A DNA stretch of 64,000 bases from Bdellovibrionales bacterium (GCA_965199825.1 OZ241329.1:2368001-2432000); one strand, 5' to 3'; positions 38,580-49,885 are shown, numbered from the stretch's first letter. Notes: generated by a model not told the origin, from the sequence alone. Numbers and translations are program-made.

Positions 38580-39470
38580 CTAATACATTTCAACGCGGTC
38601 GTTTTCTTTAAATCCCGATCCAGAGTGTATCACCGCAATGGCGCCATCTTTACCAAAGTAGCTGATGACTTCGACAGTTCCCTTCATCCGGCCCGGGGCT
38701 TTGCCGATGAACTGACCATTCTGGGGATCATAAATTTCATCACCGTCTTCGGTAATTTTTAAAATGTCGCCAATCTCAAGACCCGAAAGCCTTCCCGCAT
38801 TCAAAAACAATCGCTCACCCGAAACCATGGCCACACGGCCTTCCCATTTGAGTTTTTCTAAGCTTTGGATCAAGCCCGAAAAAGTTTGGCTAAAGGCCTC
38901 TCGCAAAGAGTTTTTAACAACCACTGGGTCGTCGACCACGGGCTGATCACTCTCGCCCGCAACTTGGGTTGTAGCGTCCTCAATTTCTGCTGTGCGGGTT
39001 TGATTAAATAATTCTTTTCCATTTCGGGCCGAATACATCCGCATCCGAATGGTTGCAGACACCTTGGCTCTCACTTGTCGAAACAACCCGAGAGCATCAC
39101 GGTTTTTTCGAATTTTTATTTCTAGAATTTTACCCTCAATCACCGCAGAGGCTCCAAGAGGTGCGCTTGCCTTTGCCAAACTTTCCAAATCATATTCTTC
39201 TGTTTGGGTGAGATTTAGCTCTTGATGATTGAGCACAACCACTCGTCCTGAACGAGTTAATTCATTGATCACAAAACTTCGGGCCTCTTCGGTGATTGGG
39301 CCTGATCCTTTTTGACTAAGAAAAGGAAGAATCATCACGCGTTGTCTTAAAGCTTCGTCATCTCTTGCCGACATTGGCACATCAAGCCGCTGCGGCTGCC
39401 GGTCTTCTCTGTACTCAATAAGTCCGCAACCCAAATCAAAAAGCAAAAAACTGAACAAAATAAATTTCAT
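38580..39470 (-). CDS. Hypothetical lipoprotein (CsgG/FlgT-like middle and C-terminal domains)
   Basis: Lipobox DLGC; RVMILPF; WEGRV...LNAGRLSGLEIGD...IYDP.NG..IG resembles FlgT C-terminus. Confidence 0.55.
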   Translation of the reverse strand: MKFILFSFLLFDLGCGLIEYREDRQPQRLDVPMSARDDEALRQRVMILPFLSQKGSGPITEEARSFVINELTRSGRVVVLNHQELNLTQTEEYDLESLAKASAPLGASAVIEGKILEIKIRKNRDALGLFRQVRAKVSATIRMRMYSARNGKELFNQTRTAEIEDATTQVAGESDQPVVDDPVVVKNSLREAFSQTFSGLIQSLEKLKWEGRVAMVSGERLFLNAGRLSGLEIGDILKITEDGDEIYDPQNGQFIGKAPGRMKGTVEVISYFGKDGAIAVIHSGSGFKENDRVEMY

Positions 39471-39517
39471 TCAATAATGATAGAGCTCAGGTTTAGAAAT
39501 TGGAAGAGGGCAAAAGA

Positions 39518-40702
39518 TTAAAGTCGCTTGATATTAAAAATTAAACTGTCTGAGGTTTTGGTTTGAATCAGAAGTTTAAAATTTCCATAAGTTTTTTGTT
39601 CTAGGTCTTTGGCTAGCTGGTCAATCGGGCTTGAGGAATCAATTTCGAAGACCGCCTCGCCCGGTCCAAACCCGCGTTCTTTTAAAACTCGAACCTGTTT
39701 CAGACTGTCATTGACAGTTTTTTTAAAATTAACAATTTGGGAATAATCTAAATTTCCTTTGAGTGTGAGCTTAATGAGAGTTGCGCCAAAACTACCCGAG
39801 CGCCATGCTTCACTGAGTTGAGCCGAGAGGTCTGAGGCGACCGATGCCGAAACTTCATTTAATTTCTTTAACACCACCACGTTTTCCAAACCCGAATCGG
39901 TCTCAAAGCTGCGAACAACTTCACCAATCACGCGGCCATTGGCCGAATGGAGCGCTGTCAGTTTAAACTCAAGTCGAAAGGATTTGGGCTTATCTTTATT
40001 CTCTTCAATATTGAGCTCACCACGAATGACGATGGAGGCTTGAAAATACTCGGCCATCTGAAGGTAGGCATCCCCGACCGGAGATTCGGCATGCAGTCCA
40101 CTTGGCAAGAGGCGATCATAAAGACCGGTTGAGGGATTTAATCCAGCAAAGCCAACATTTTTTAATTCCTTATTGAGGCGATCAAAAAATATTCCACCCA
40201 TTTCTTTGAGATTTTGAACGTCGCGACTCTGAGTCCACCACCTATAAGCTTGTGAATGGGGATGATCGACAAAACCGATCACGGGCAAAATACGAGGCGG
40301 TCCTTCTGAGGTGCTAAGGAGTCCATCCTCGCGCAGTGTCGACTCTAAATTCTTGATCGAAACCTTCATTTCGACTGTCATACTGCTCTGTTGAGCCGAG
40401 TATTGGGCGTTTGATTCCTTCATGAATAAGATAAATTTTGCCGAATTTTTTGCTAATTTTGATTTGATCAGATTGGCGTTGTGTTCAAATTTTTGGGTTC
40501 CAATCAGCTCTTGGACATACTGGTTGGTGACCGTAGCGATTGCTTGATCCAGCATCTCTTGGCGCGCCTGAGCTTTATCTGGCTTTTGACTCGTCGCTTG
40601 AATCTTGGTTTCGATCAAAGATTCGGCAGCAAACAAAAATGAAGAATAAATAAAAATAGGAGCAATAATAGTAACTATAAAAATATTTATGAGACCAGCC
40701 AT
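39518..40702 (-). CDS. Hypothetical exported protein
   Basis: 394-aa ORF with signal peptide; GGAGG SD. Confidence 0.65.
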   Translation of the reverse strand: MAGLINIFIVTIIAPIFIYSSFLFAAESLIETKIQATSQKPDKAQARQEMLDQAIATVTNQYVQELIGTQKFEHNANLIKSKLAKNSAKFILFMKESNAQYSAQQSSMTVEMKVSIKNLESTLREDGLLSTSEGPPRILPVIGFVDHPHSQAYRWWTQSRDVQNLKEMGGIFFDRLNKELKNVGFAGLNPSTGLYDRLLPSGLHAESPVGDAYLQMAEYFQASIVIRGELNIEENKDKPKSFRLEFKLTALHSANGRVIGEVVRSFETDSGLENVVVLKKLNEVSASVASDLSAQLSEAWRSGSFGATLIKLTLKGNLDYSQIVNFKKTVNDSLKQVRVLKERGFGPGEAVFEIDSSSPIDQLAKDLEQKTYGNFKLLIQTKTSDSLIFNIKRL

Positions 40703-40749
40703 CCTCCATCTATTGCATTTATTTTATGTTTCGTCTATGCCCTTATCCT

Positions 40750-41274
40750 ATGATTGAAACAAACAGAGATCCCGAAACTCTTCCAGAAGTCGCACCCACC
40801 GAGCTTTCAAAGCTTGCCGATCAAATCGGAAATTTTATGCATCATTGGGGTTTTAAAAAAATCCATGGTCGAATTTGGACTTATATTTATTTGTCTGAAA
40901 CACCATTGGATGCCGGAAGTTTGATGCGTGTTTTGAATGTCTCAAAAGCATTGATGAGTCTTTCCCTGCATGATCTTTTAAAACACAATGTCATCAAGGA
41001 AGCCGGAAAGAGCCCACGGGGAACCCAAGTTTTCTTGGCTAATCCGGATTTGGTTCAGGTGATTCTCGAAGTTCTTAAAACTCGCGAAATGACCATGCTC
41101 AATGATGTCGAAAACACATTTCAAAAATTTAAAACGCAAGGGCCTGCAGAAGGTCTACAGACTGAACGGATTGATAAATTGGGAGCCTTGATTCATGAGG
41201 CCAAAAGATCTCTTGAAGGTGTGCTTCAACTTTCTGCGGTTGATTTTCAGTCATGGGAAAATTCGTTAAACTAG
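40750..41274 (+). CDS. GbsR/MarR family transcriptional regulator
   Basis: WGFKKIHGRIWTYIYLS...LNVSKALMSLSLHDL wHTH pattern. Confidence 0.8.
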   Translation: MIETNRDPETLPEVAPTELSKLADQIGNFMHHWGFKKIHGRIWTYIYLSETPLDAGSLMRVLNVSKALMSLSLHDLLKHNVIKEAGKSPRGTQVFLANPDLVQVILEVLKTREMTMLNDVENTFQKFKTQGPAEGLQTERIDKLGALIHEAKRSLEGVLQLSAVDFQSWENSLN

Positions 41275-42146
41275 GCGTTCGTTAAAGCTTGAATAAATGT
41301 TTTTGATTTAAAATCTTCAGGCTTTAAAATTTTTGAAACAATCCGTTGATCCATTAATAAAACATCTGCCATCTCACCGTACATAATCTTGAGTGCAAAG
41401 GCGGGAGCGTTAAGTGGAAGCACCCTCACTCCCAGATGCTCGGCTAAAATATGAGTCATTTGACCATTTGTGATGGGATGGGGAGCACACACATTGATCG
41501 CCCCTTTACAGTTGGCGTTACTTAAAGCTTTGCTCACAAGCGATGACAAATCATCAAGCGCGATAAAACTAAATCCTTGAGTGCCCGGACCAAGTGCTGC
41601 CCCAAGACCTTTTTTAAAAATTGGCTCAACCTGTTTTAAAAATCCTCCACCATGACCGATCACTGGTGGAATCCTTAAGTGAAGAGTGCGCGCGCCCTCA
41701 ATGTGGGCAGCCGCCTCCCATTCTTTGCAAAGATCGGCTAAAAATCCTGTTCCCAGTGGCGAATCCTCATCCTGGATGTCACTGCTTGAGGGATAAATTC
41801 CGATTGCAGATGCCGAAATAAAAATTTTTATTTTTTGGCCAGAGCGACTTAAGCCAGCAATCAGATTTTTTGTTGTGGTGATTCTTGAGTCAAATAAAAT
41901 TTGTTTTCTTTCTTTGGTCCATCTGCTATCTGCGATTCCTTCACCTGCCAAATGAATGATCGCATCCACATCTTTATAGGCTTCAAGCGGAGGCTCACCT
42001 TTTAGGCCATCCCATTTAAAAAGTGCATATGGGCTATTGGATGCAGGATTACGACTAAGACCCACAACCTCGTGCTGCGCTTTTTTAAGATCAGCTGAGA
42101 TTTTTCGTCCTAGAAATCCGGTAACTCCGGTCATCAGAATTTTCAT
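41271..42146 (-). CDS. TIGR01777/YfcH family NAD-dependent epimerase
   Basis: TGVTGFLG, HLAGEGIA..RW, SASAIGIY, FLADLCKEWE. Confidence 0.88.
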   Translation of the reverse strand: MKILMTGVTGFLGRKISADLKKAQHEVVGLSRNPASNSPYALFKWDGLKGEPPLEAYKDVDAIIHLAGEGIADSRWTKERKQILFDSRITTTKNLIAGLSRSGQKIKIFISASAIGIYPSSSDIQDEDSPLGTGFLADLCKEWEAAAHIEGARTLHLRIPPVIGHGGGFLKQVEPIFKKGLGAALGPGTQGFSFIALDDLSSLVSKALSNANCKGAINVCAPHPITNGQMTHILAEHLGVRVLPLNAPAFALKIMYGEMADVLLMDQRIVSKILKPEDFKSKTFIQALTNA

Positions 42147-43420
42147 GACTTTAAAGCTTTGCGGTAAGTTTCAAGACATCGCTCTCTAGCCTCTTGATGA
42201 TTGACAATCGGACTTGGCTGATCGCCTTTAAGCCATTTGTTGCGATAGTTTTTATCGGCATCAAACTTTTTGGCCTGCTCCATTGGATTAAAAATTCTAA
42301 AGTAAGGAGCCGCATCACATCCACAGCCCGCAGCCCATTGCCAATTTCCCACATTTGAGGATTGTTCAAAATCATGGAGCTTTTCGGCAAAGTAGCGCTC
42401 GCCCCAACGCCAATCAATCAAAAGATGTTTACATAAAAAACTTGATACAATCAGGCGTGCACGGTTGTGCATAAAACCGGTTTGATTGATCTCGGTCATT
42501 GCCGCATCAACAATGTCATAACCCGTTTTGCCCTCACACCAGGCCTTGAATTCTTTTTTGTCATTGCGAAATTTGATCTTGTCATATTTTGGCTTAAAGG
42601 CCTTATCCACGGTGTGCGGAAAATAATAAAGGACCGCCATAAAAAATTCTCGCCAAATGAGTTCTCCCAAATAAACCGGCGAGGTCTTTTGGGCCAGTTG
42701 CGCTAGCTTTCGGATCGAGAGAGTTCCAAATCGTAAATGCACATCCACATGAGTGGTGCTCGATTGCCCCATAAAATTTCTGAGTTCGCCGTATTTTTTT
42801 AAAAATTCAGGATTCAGTTGAGGTTTAGGAATTTTTTGTTCGGTAGATTCAAAGCCGATATCTTTAAGAGAAATCGATTTTTGGGGCTTGATTTGAAAAC
42901 CATTTTTAAGATTTTTTTCGCTAGCAAAATGGGGGATTGGTTTTAAAACCTTACGCCATTTTTTTGCATAGGGAGTGTACACCGAATACGGATCGCCTGA
43001 ATCTTTAAGCACATCTTTGTAATCATGAATCACTTGATCTTTAAAGGTCAAAAAATCGATTTTTTGGGATTCAAGATACTCTTTGACCTTTTGGTCGCGC
43101 TCCCTTGCATAGGGTTCATAATCTTCGTTGCAATAAACCGATTTGATCTCAAATTCCTTTGATAGTTTTTTAAAAACTTCTATGGGTTTGCCGATTTCGA
43201 TCCGCAAAGAACTCTTATGTTTCTCAAATTGTTTTTTTAAATCCATGACTTGGTCAAAAATAAATTCGACCCGTGCATCTTTTTTATTTTTTAATAAATC
43301 TAAAATGGAACGATCAAAAATAAAAATGGGTAAGGTGGGATTATCACTCTTAAGTGCTTCAAATAGTCCGTGATTGTCATCGCTGCGTAAGTCTCTCCGA
43401 AACCAAAATAGATTAACCAT
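42143..43420 (-). CDS. phrB: Deoxyribodipyrimidine photolyase / cryptochrome family
   Basis: WFRRDLR.DDN, ELIWREF, TGFMHNR.R, DWRWGE, N.GNWQW, PYFRIFNP. Confidence 0.92.
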   Translation of the reverse strand: MVNLFWFRRDLRSDDNHGLFEALKSDNPTLPIFIFDRSILDLLKNKKDARVEFIFDQVMDLKKQFEKHKSSLRIEIGKPIEVFKKLSKEFEIKSVYCNEDYEPYARERDQKVKEYLESQKIDFLTFKDQVIHDYKDVLKDSGDPYSVYTPYAKKWRKVLKPIPHFASEKNLKNGFQIKPQKSISLKDIGFESTEQKIPKPQLNPEFLKKYGELRNFMGQSSTTHVDVHLRFGTLSIRKLAQLAQKTSPVYLGELIWREFFMAVLYYFPHTVDKAFKPKYDKIKFRNDKKEFKAWCEGKTGYDIVDAAMTEINQTGFMHNRARLIVSSFLCKHLLIDWRWGERYFAEKLHDFEQSSNVGNWQWAAGCGCDAAPYFRIFNPMEQAKKFDADKNYRNKWLKGDQPSPIVNHQEARERCLETYRKALKS

Positions 43421-46400
43421 TAAGCATCCAGCTCCGTGTGATTCAGGTGGCCAAATAGCTGGCCTACTTTCTCGAAGAACTCCAAGGAAGGCTCGATGCC
43501 CATTGGATCAAGCACATCCAACCGGACAGACGCCTTGAGATCGTCGAGTTCTATATGGAGTGATACAGGAATTTGTCCCGGCATGGATAGCATTAAAGCT
43601 TTAAGTTGATCGAGCTTTTGGTGTGAGTCCGCTGCGAGATGAAAATTCAGCCGCTTGCCCCGCTTTAAGGTGTCGCTAAATTTACGGGCATCTTCGACAA
43701 AAACCTTTTGGCCTTCGTTTTCTCGACTGAGCTCACCAGAAATTAAAATTGGGCCTTCTTCACGTAGTAAAAATTGGGCTTTGACATAGGCATCTGGAAA
43801 AATCACCAGCTCAAGTGTGCCGGTGAGATCTTCAAATTGGGCAAAGGCCATACGTGTGCCCTTTTTTGTGATGATCTCTCTTAAACTCGTAATCAATCCC
43901 AACAGCTGTACCGGTTTTTTATTTTCTAATTTTTTTAAATGCTCGGTTTTGATGATTTGAAAATTTTTGGTCAAACGATCAAACCCTTGGAGCGGATGAT
44001 CCGACAAGAAAAATCCTAAGACTTCCTTTTCATAAGCAAGCCTTAGACTTCTTGAAAACTCCTCGCTCACCGCAAGCCGCACCGAAGCCTCTTCTTCGGT
44101 GTCTTTAGCAAACAAACTCACCTGCCCGAGTTCGGCATCTTTGCGCGAGCGCCCTGCGCGATCGATAAATTGGGCATACCCTTCAAAAATTTGTTTGCGG
44201 TTGTATCCAAATCCATCAAAGGCTCCAGCCTTGACCAAACTTTCTATGGTTTTTTTGTTTATTCTTTTTAAATCCACCCGGTTAAAAAAATCATCGAGTG
44301 ATTTAAATTCGCCGCCATGAAAGCGGGCCTCAACGATTGCTTCGACCGCACTCTCGCCCACCCCTTTGATTGCTCCGAGGGAAAAAAAGATGCGCTCCCC
44401 TTTGACCGTAAATTTATATTCGGAAGCATTGACGTGAGGAGGAAGCACTTCGATCCCGCGCCGTTTGGCATCCTTAACGTATTTTACGATCTTATCGGTA
44501 TCGTTCATCTCGGTAGATAACAAAGCCGCATAAAATTCGATGGGATAATAATTCTTGAGCCACGCGGTTTGTGCCGCTACCACACAATACGCAGCAGCAT
44601 GGGATTTGTTAAAACCGTATTTGGCAAATTCGGCCATAGTATCAAAAAGCTCGCCCGCTTTTTTCAAATCATATTTATTTATTTTCGCACCGGCCAAAAA
44701 TCGATCTTTTTGTTTTGCCATCACCTCGGGAATTTTTTTACCCATGGCTCTGCGTAAAAGATCGGCTTCGCCCAAAGAGTAATTGGCAATACGGGCTGCA
44801 ATCAGTTGCACTTGCTCTTGATAAACCACCACGCCGTAAGTTTCGCGCAAGATATTTTCGAGCGGCTCAAAATCATATTCAACTTTGACCTCGCCACTTT
44901 TTCGCTCAAGATAAGAGGGAATCATATCCATTGGGCCTGGGCGATAAAGAGCATTGATTGCAACGATATCTTCAAATGTCGTGGGCTTGGCTTTACGAAT
45001 TAAATCGGTGATGCCCTCACCCTCAAATTGAAAAATCCCTGCCGTATCTCCTCGGCACATGATCTCGTAAATGCCTTTGTCAGTGAGTGCAATGTCTTGG
45101 GGTTTAAATATCTTTTGTCGATTTTTTTCGATCAATTCAAGAGCATCTTGAATGAGGGTTAACGTTTTTAATCCCAAAAAATCAAATTTGATGAGCCCGA
45201 TTTTTTCGGCATGCTTCATGTCGTACTGAACAACATTTTCGCCATCGGCACCGCGATAAAGGGGTGCAAGCTCAACAATGTTGCCATTGGCGATCACCAC
45301 ACCCGCCGCATGAATCCCCGCGTGGCGTACAAGACCTTCGATCTTCCGGGCAAGATCTAACAGAGTTTGAATCTTTGGATCCTGCTCCATGTATTCTTTT
45401 AAACGCGGCTCAAGTTGAATTGCTTCATCCAAAGTGATCCCCAATTTTTCGGGAATCAATTTTGTAACCACATCGACTTCGCTAAAAGTCATCCCCATCA
45501 CCCGGCCCACATCGCGCAAAGCTGCACGGGCTTGAAGTTTTCCAAAGGTGATAATTTGCGAGACCGAAGCCTCGCCGTATTTTTGGGTGACGTAGCTGAT
45601 CACACGGCCGCGATGCTCTTGACAAAAATCCACATCGAAATCGGGCATCGAAATCCGCTCGGGATTTAAAAATCGCTCAAAGATCAGATTGTAGGGCATC
45701 GGATCAAGATCGGTAATGCCTAAAGAGAATGCGACCAAAGATCCCGCACCCGATCCACGACCGGGCCCCACTGGAATATTATTATTTTTTGCCCAACGAA
45801 TAAAATCTTGAACGATCAGAAAATAACCGGTGAACCCCATCTTGGTGATCACCTCGAGTTCATAGCTTAAACGCTTAAAGTATTCGGGCACTTTTTGGTC
45901 CGAAACTTTTTCGCCTCGCGCTTCGGCTTCTAAAAAGCGCTCGCTTAATCCTTGCTCCGAGAGTTTTTGGATCTCTTCTTCGATACTGACATTTTGTTCT
46001 AAGGGGTATGTGGGAAGATGGTAAATGGGTTTGCCACTTTCATCCTCGATGCGGAACTCAACATTGCACTGCTCGGCAATTTTAACAGTACGCTCAAGAG
46101 CTTCGGGTACATCCTTAAAAAGATCTTGCATGGCCTTGGGGCTTTTAAAATAAAATTGGTCAGTCCCTAATCGATAGCGGGTGGGATCCTGCAGAGTGCG
46201 GTTACTGCCAATACAAATCAACACCTCTTGAGCGAGCTGATCTTCACGCGACACGTAGTGCACGTCGTTTGCGGCTACACTTAAAACTCCCAGTTCTTTT
46301 TCCATTTGAATCAAAAAGTCGCAAATTTCGCTCGACTGAGGTAAACCTGTTCTATTGAGTTCAAGATATAAATCTTGGCCGTAGATATCTTTGAGTCGCA

Positions 46401-46881
46401 GTATTTTTTCTCGCGCTTTTGCAGGCCCTTCGTTCACAAAGGTCCAAGGGATTTCTCCACCCATACCCGAGGTTAAACAAATCAAGTTTGATGAAAATTG
46501 TTTTAAAACTTCGTAATCAACTCTAGGTTTATAATAAAAACCTTCTTTAAAGCCGATCGATGAGAGCTGACACAGATTTTTATACCCCTCATTATTTTTG
46601 GCGAGCAAAACTAATTTTCGATTGGGTTGGCGCTGATCTTTTTGTTCGCCCTTTATCAGTCGGCTTTGGGGTGCGACATAAACTTCAAGGCCGATGATCG
46701 GCTTGACCTGATTTTCTAAACAAGCAAAATAAAATTCAACCGCACCAAACATGTTGCCATAGTCGGTAAGTGCCACTGCAGGCATATCAAAAGATTTAGC
46801 TTTTTTTGCAAGAGCTTTAGGAAGGCAAGTGGCCTCGAGAAGAGAATATTGTGAGTGCACATGCAAATGGACAAAAGACAC
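43420..46881 (-). CDS. dnaE: DNA polymerase III alpha subunit
   Basis: PHP HLHVHSQYS, GRGSGAGS, MPDFDVDF, KFDFLGL, FNKSHAAAY; no intein. Confidence 0.97.
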   Translation of the reverse strand: MSFVHLHVHSQYSLLEATCLPKALAKKAKSFDMPAVALTDYGNMFGAVEFYFACLENQVKPIIGLEVYVAPQSRLIKGEQKDQRQPNRKLVLLAKNNEGYKNLCQLSSIGFKEGFYYKPRVDYEVLKQFSSNLICLTSGMGGEIPWTFVNEGPAKAREKILRLKDIYGQDLYLELNRTGLPQSSEICDFLIQMEKELGVLSVAANDVHYVSREDQLAQEVLICIGSNRTLQDPTRYRLGTDQFYFKSPKAMQDLFKDVPEALERTVKIAEQCNVEFRIEDESGKPIYHLPTYPLEQNVSIEEEIQKLSEQGLSERFLEAEARGEKVSDQKVPEYFKRLSYELEVITKMGFTGYFLIVQDFIRWAKNNNIPVGPGRGSGAGSLVAFSLGITDLDPMPYNLIFERFLNPERISMPDFDVDFCQEHRGRVISYVTQKYGEASVSQIITFGKLQARAALRDVGRVMGMTFSEVDVVTKLIPEKLGITLDEAIQLEPRLKEYMEQDPKIQTLLDLARKIEGLVRHAGIHAAGVVIANGNIVELAPLYRGADGENVVQYDMKHAEKIGLIKFDFLGLKTLTLIQDALELIEKNRQKIFKPQDIALTDKGIYEIMCRGDTAGIFQFEGEGITDLIRKAKPTTFEDIVAINALYRPGPMDMIPSYLERKSGEVKVEYDFEPLENILRETYGVVVYQEQVQLIAARIANYSLGEADLLRRAMGKKIPEVMAKQKDRFLAGAKINKYDLKKAGELFDTMAEFAKYGFNKSHAAAYCVVAAQTAWLKNYYPIEFYAALLSTEMNDTDKIVKYVKDAKRRGIEVLPPHVNASEYKFTVKGERIFFSLGAIKGVGESAVEAIVEARFHGGEFKSLDDFFNRVDLKRINKKTIESLVKAGAFDGFGYNRKQIFEGYAQFIDRAGRSRKDAELGQVSLFAKDTEEEASVRLAVSEEFSRSLRLAYEKEVLGFFLSDHPLQGFDRLTKNFQIIKTEHLKKLENKKPVQLLGLITSLREIITKKGTRMAFAQFEDLTGTLELVIFPDAYVKAQFLLREEGPILISGELSRENEGQKVFVEDARKFSDTLKRGKRLNFHLAADSHQKLDQLKALMLSMPGQIPVSLHIELDDLKASVRLDVLDPMGIEPSLEFFEKVGQLFGHLNHTELDA

Positions 46882-46884
46882 TGA

Positions 46885-48414
46885 TCACTCCCACTCAATA
46901 GTTCCCGGGGGCTTGGATGTGACGTCGTACACAATGCGGCTAACTCCCTGAACCTCATTTGTGATGCGCGAGGAGACCTTGCGCATAAAATCAGGCGGGA
47001 AATCAAACCAGTCGGCCGTCATTCCATCAACCGAAGTGACAGCCCGTAATGCCGCCACTTTATCATAGGTCCGCTGATCCCCTTGAACCCCCACAGTTTG
47101 TATTGGCAGCAGCACAGCGAAGGCTTGCCAAATTTTTTGATAGAGATTTGAGTGTTTCAATTCTTCGATAAAAATTGCATCGACATCTTTTAAAATATTT
47201 AAATCTAGACGATGGATAGAGCCAATAATTCGGATGGCTAATCCCGGACCAGGAAAGGGATGCCGCCACAACATCTCCTGAGGTAATCCCAATTGCTCTC
47301 CCAAATGCCTGACCTCATCTTTAAACAATTCGCGCAAAGGTTCGACAAGTATCAGGTTTAAATCTTTAGGTAAGCCGCCCACATTGTGATGACTCTTAAT
47401 CGTAACGCTTGTTCCGCGTGGGGACACACTCTCAATCACATCGGGATAAAGTGTTCCTTGAGCTAAAAAGCGAAACTCAAGATTAAGATCTTTCATCGCA
47501 CCTTTAAACACATCAATAAAAGTTTTGCCGATAATTTTACGTTTTTCTTCGGGATCGCTGACACCTTCGAGTCGATCCAGAAATTGATCTTCGGCATTGA
47601 CCCCATGAACATTTAAACCAATTTTTTTGTACTTCTCCAAAACTTCGGCATATTCATTTTTGCGCAGCAGCCCCGTATCGACAAACACACAAGTCACACG
47701 CTCAGCCCCAAGGGCCTGGGTTAACAGGGTCCCAACAACGGTGGAGTCCACACCTCCACTTAAAGCGCACAAAACACGATCACCTTCAGGAACAGTCGCA
47801 CTAATTTTTTGTTTTAAAAATTGAGCAATCGAATTTTGCGACCAATTGCGCTCAGAATGACAAAGATCAAAAATAAAATTTTTTAATATTTTTGTGCCGT
47901 GCTCGGTATGAGTGACTTCAGGATGAAACTGCACCGCTATTGATTTTTCAGAACGCATCGCCGAGGGATGACCCGACTGACTGCGCGCAGTGATCTCAAA
48001 ATCAGGAGGTGGAACTTTGATGACATCACCATGACTCATCCACACCTGATGATTTAGAGGAATATCGCCAATGGCCGATTGCCATTGATTTCCCATCAGG
48101 CCGTATTCCCGTTTATTTGATTTCTCAACCACTCCGCCCCATTGCTGAGTCATCAACTGCATGCCATAGCAAATACCCATAAGAGGTGCCACGGCTTCAA
48201 GTTCTTTAAGATCCGAGCGCAGTGGCGCATCTGTGTCTAAGACGCTACTGGGTCCACCACTTAATATGATGCCGCTTGGATTTTTTTGTTTGATGATTTC
48301 AAGCGGAGTATCAAATTTTAAAATTTCCGAAAATACACCTAGCTCGCGTACCCGTCGGGCAATCAGCTGTGTGTATTGCGATCCAAAATCGAGAATCAAA
48401 ATGCTATTTGTCAT
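46885..48414 (-). CDS. guaA: GMP synthase
   Basis: DFGSQY, GICYG, QFHPE, SGGVDS, KSHHN, KPPGTIEWE. Confidence 0.97.
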   Translation of the reverse strand: MTNSILILDFGSQYTQLIARRVRELGVFSEILKFDTPLEIIKQKNPSGIILSGGPSSVLDTDAPLRSDLKELEAVAPLMGICYGMQLMTQQWGGVVEKSNKREYGLMGNQWQSAIGDIPLNHQVWMSHGDVIKVPPPDFEITARSQSGHPSAMRSEKSIAVQFHPEVTHTEHGTKILKNFIFDLCHSERNWSQNSIAQFLKQKISATVPEGDRVLCALSGGVDSTVVGTLLTQALGAERVTCVFVDTGLLRKNEYAEVLEKYKKIGLNVHGVNAEDQFLDRLEGVSDPEEKRKIIGKTFIDVFKGAMKDLNLEFRFLAQGTLYPDVIESVSPRGTSVTIKSHHNVGGLPKDLNLILVEPLRELFKDEVRHLGEQLGLPQEMLWRHPFPGPGLAIRIIGSIHRLDLNILKDVDAIFIEELKHSNLYQKIWQAFAVLLPIQTVGVQGDQRTYDKVAALRAVTSVDGMTADWFDFPPDFMRKVSSRITNEVQGVSRIVYDVTSKPPGTIEWE

Positions 48415-48424
48415 CTTATGTTAC

Positions 48425-49885
48425 CTATTCGAGCCGATAATTTGGAGCTTCTTTGGTAATGCTCACATCGTGGACATGGGACTCTCGCAAACCCTGCGGA
48501 GTCACTCGAACAAACTTGGCTTTCTTTTGGAGCTCTTCGATATTTTTTGCGCCTATGTAGCCCATTCCAGATTTTAGCCCACCAACAAGTTGATGCAAAA
48601 TTCCACTGGCCGACCCACGGTAAGGCACCTTGCCCTCAATCCCTTCGGGCACAAGTTTATCGAGATCCATCACTTCACCTTGGCCATAGCGATCTTTTGA
48701 TCCTTGTTGCATGGCCGAGACGCTGCCCATTCCGCGATACATTTTATAAGTGCGGCCTTGATACAAAATGGTTTCGCCAGGACTCTCATCCGAGCCGGCT
48801 AAAAGATTGCCAATCATAACGGTGTTTGCACCCAGTGCTAAAGCCTTTGTAAGATCGCCCGAAAATTTAATTCCACCATCAGCAATAATTGTCTTACCCA
48901 ATTCGCGAGCGACCTTTGAGCACTGGATCACCGCAGAAATTTGGGGCATGCCCACGCCTGAAACCATTCGTGTTGTACAAATACTTCCTGGGCCCACACC
49001 AATTTTTACAACATCAACTCCAGCCCGAATAAGGTCTTCGGTCCCTTCAGGAGTAACCACATTTCCGGCAACCAAAATGGTGTCTTTAAATTTTTTTGAG
49101 AGATGCCGAACCATTGCGAGAACATTTTTTGAATGTCCATGAGCGGTATCTATACATAAAATATCAACACCATTTTCAACCAAGTGGGCGGCGCGATCGG
49201 CCGATGTGGCATCCACACCGACTGCGGCTCCAACTAAAAGTCTTCCGTGCCGATCTTTGGTGGCTTGGGGAAAAGTTTGAGACTTTTCGATATCCTTAAT
49301 GGTGATCAAGCCTTGCAAAAGGCCCTTATCATCCACTACCGGTAATTTTTCGATTCTGTGTTTTTGCAAAATCTGTTTTGCAAGCTCTAGAGTTGTGCCG
49401 ACGGGGGCTGTAATCAACTTTTGTTTAGGGGTCATGATGTTTTGAATGGGCTGGTCGACATTTGTCTCAAAGCGCAAATCGCGATTGGTCAAAATTCCCA
49501 CAAGTTGCTGATTGACTGTGATTGGCACTCCACTGATGGAGTATTTTCTCATCAAGTCGAGCGCATCACTCACCAGTCGATCCGGACCTAGGGTGATCGG
49601 ATCGCGAATCATTCCGCTTTCGTATTTTTTTACTTTTTCGACTTCGAGTGCTTGATGTTCGATCGATAAATTTTTGTGGATAATGCCGAGGCCGCCATTT
49701 TGGGCCATGACCCGAGCGATTTTATTTTCGGTCACAGTATCCATCGCGGCCGAAATGATCGGCATGCGAAGGACGATGTCGCGAGCAAAAAAACTTTTGG
49801 CCACAATTTGAGTGGGAACAATTTCGCTGTATTGAGGTAAAAGCAAAATATCATCAAAGGTCAGTGCAAAATCATCGGGACTCAT
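48425..49885 (-). CDS. guaB: IMP dehydrogenase
   Basis: [11 protein letters not shown] pair, [19 protein letters not shown]. Confidence 0.97.
   Translation of the reverse strand: MSPDDFALTFDDILLLPQYSEIVPTQIVAKSFFARDIVLRMPIISAAMDTVTENKIARVMAQNGGLGIIHKNLSIEHQALEVEKVKKYESGMIRDPITLGPDRLVSDALDLMRKYSISGVPITVNQQLVGILTNRDLRFETNVDQPIQNIMTPKQKLITAPVGTTLELAKQILQKHRIEKLPVVDDKGLLQGLITIKDIEKSQTFPQATKDRHGRLLVGAAVGVDATSADRAAHLVENGVDILCIDTAHGHSKNVLAMVRHLSKKFKDTILVAGNVVTPEGTEDLIRAGVDVVKIGVGPGSICTTRMVSGVGMPQISAVIQCSKVARELGKTIIADGGIKFSGDLTKALALGANTVMIGNLLAGSDESPGETILYQGRTYKMYRGMGSVSAMQQGSKDRYGQGEVMDLDKLVPEGIEGKVPYRGSASGILHQLVGGLKSGMGYIGAKNIEELQKKAKFVRVTPQGLRESHVHDVSITKEAPNYRLE

Noticed and set aside
43420..46881. 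Intein in dnaE
   Set aside because: Normal length and no splice-junction motifs
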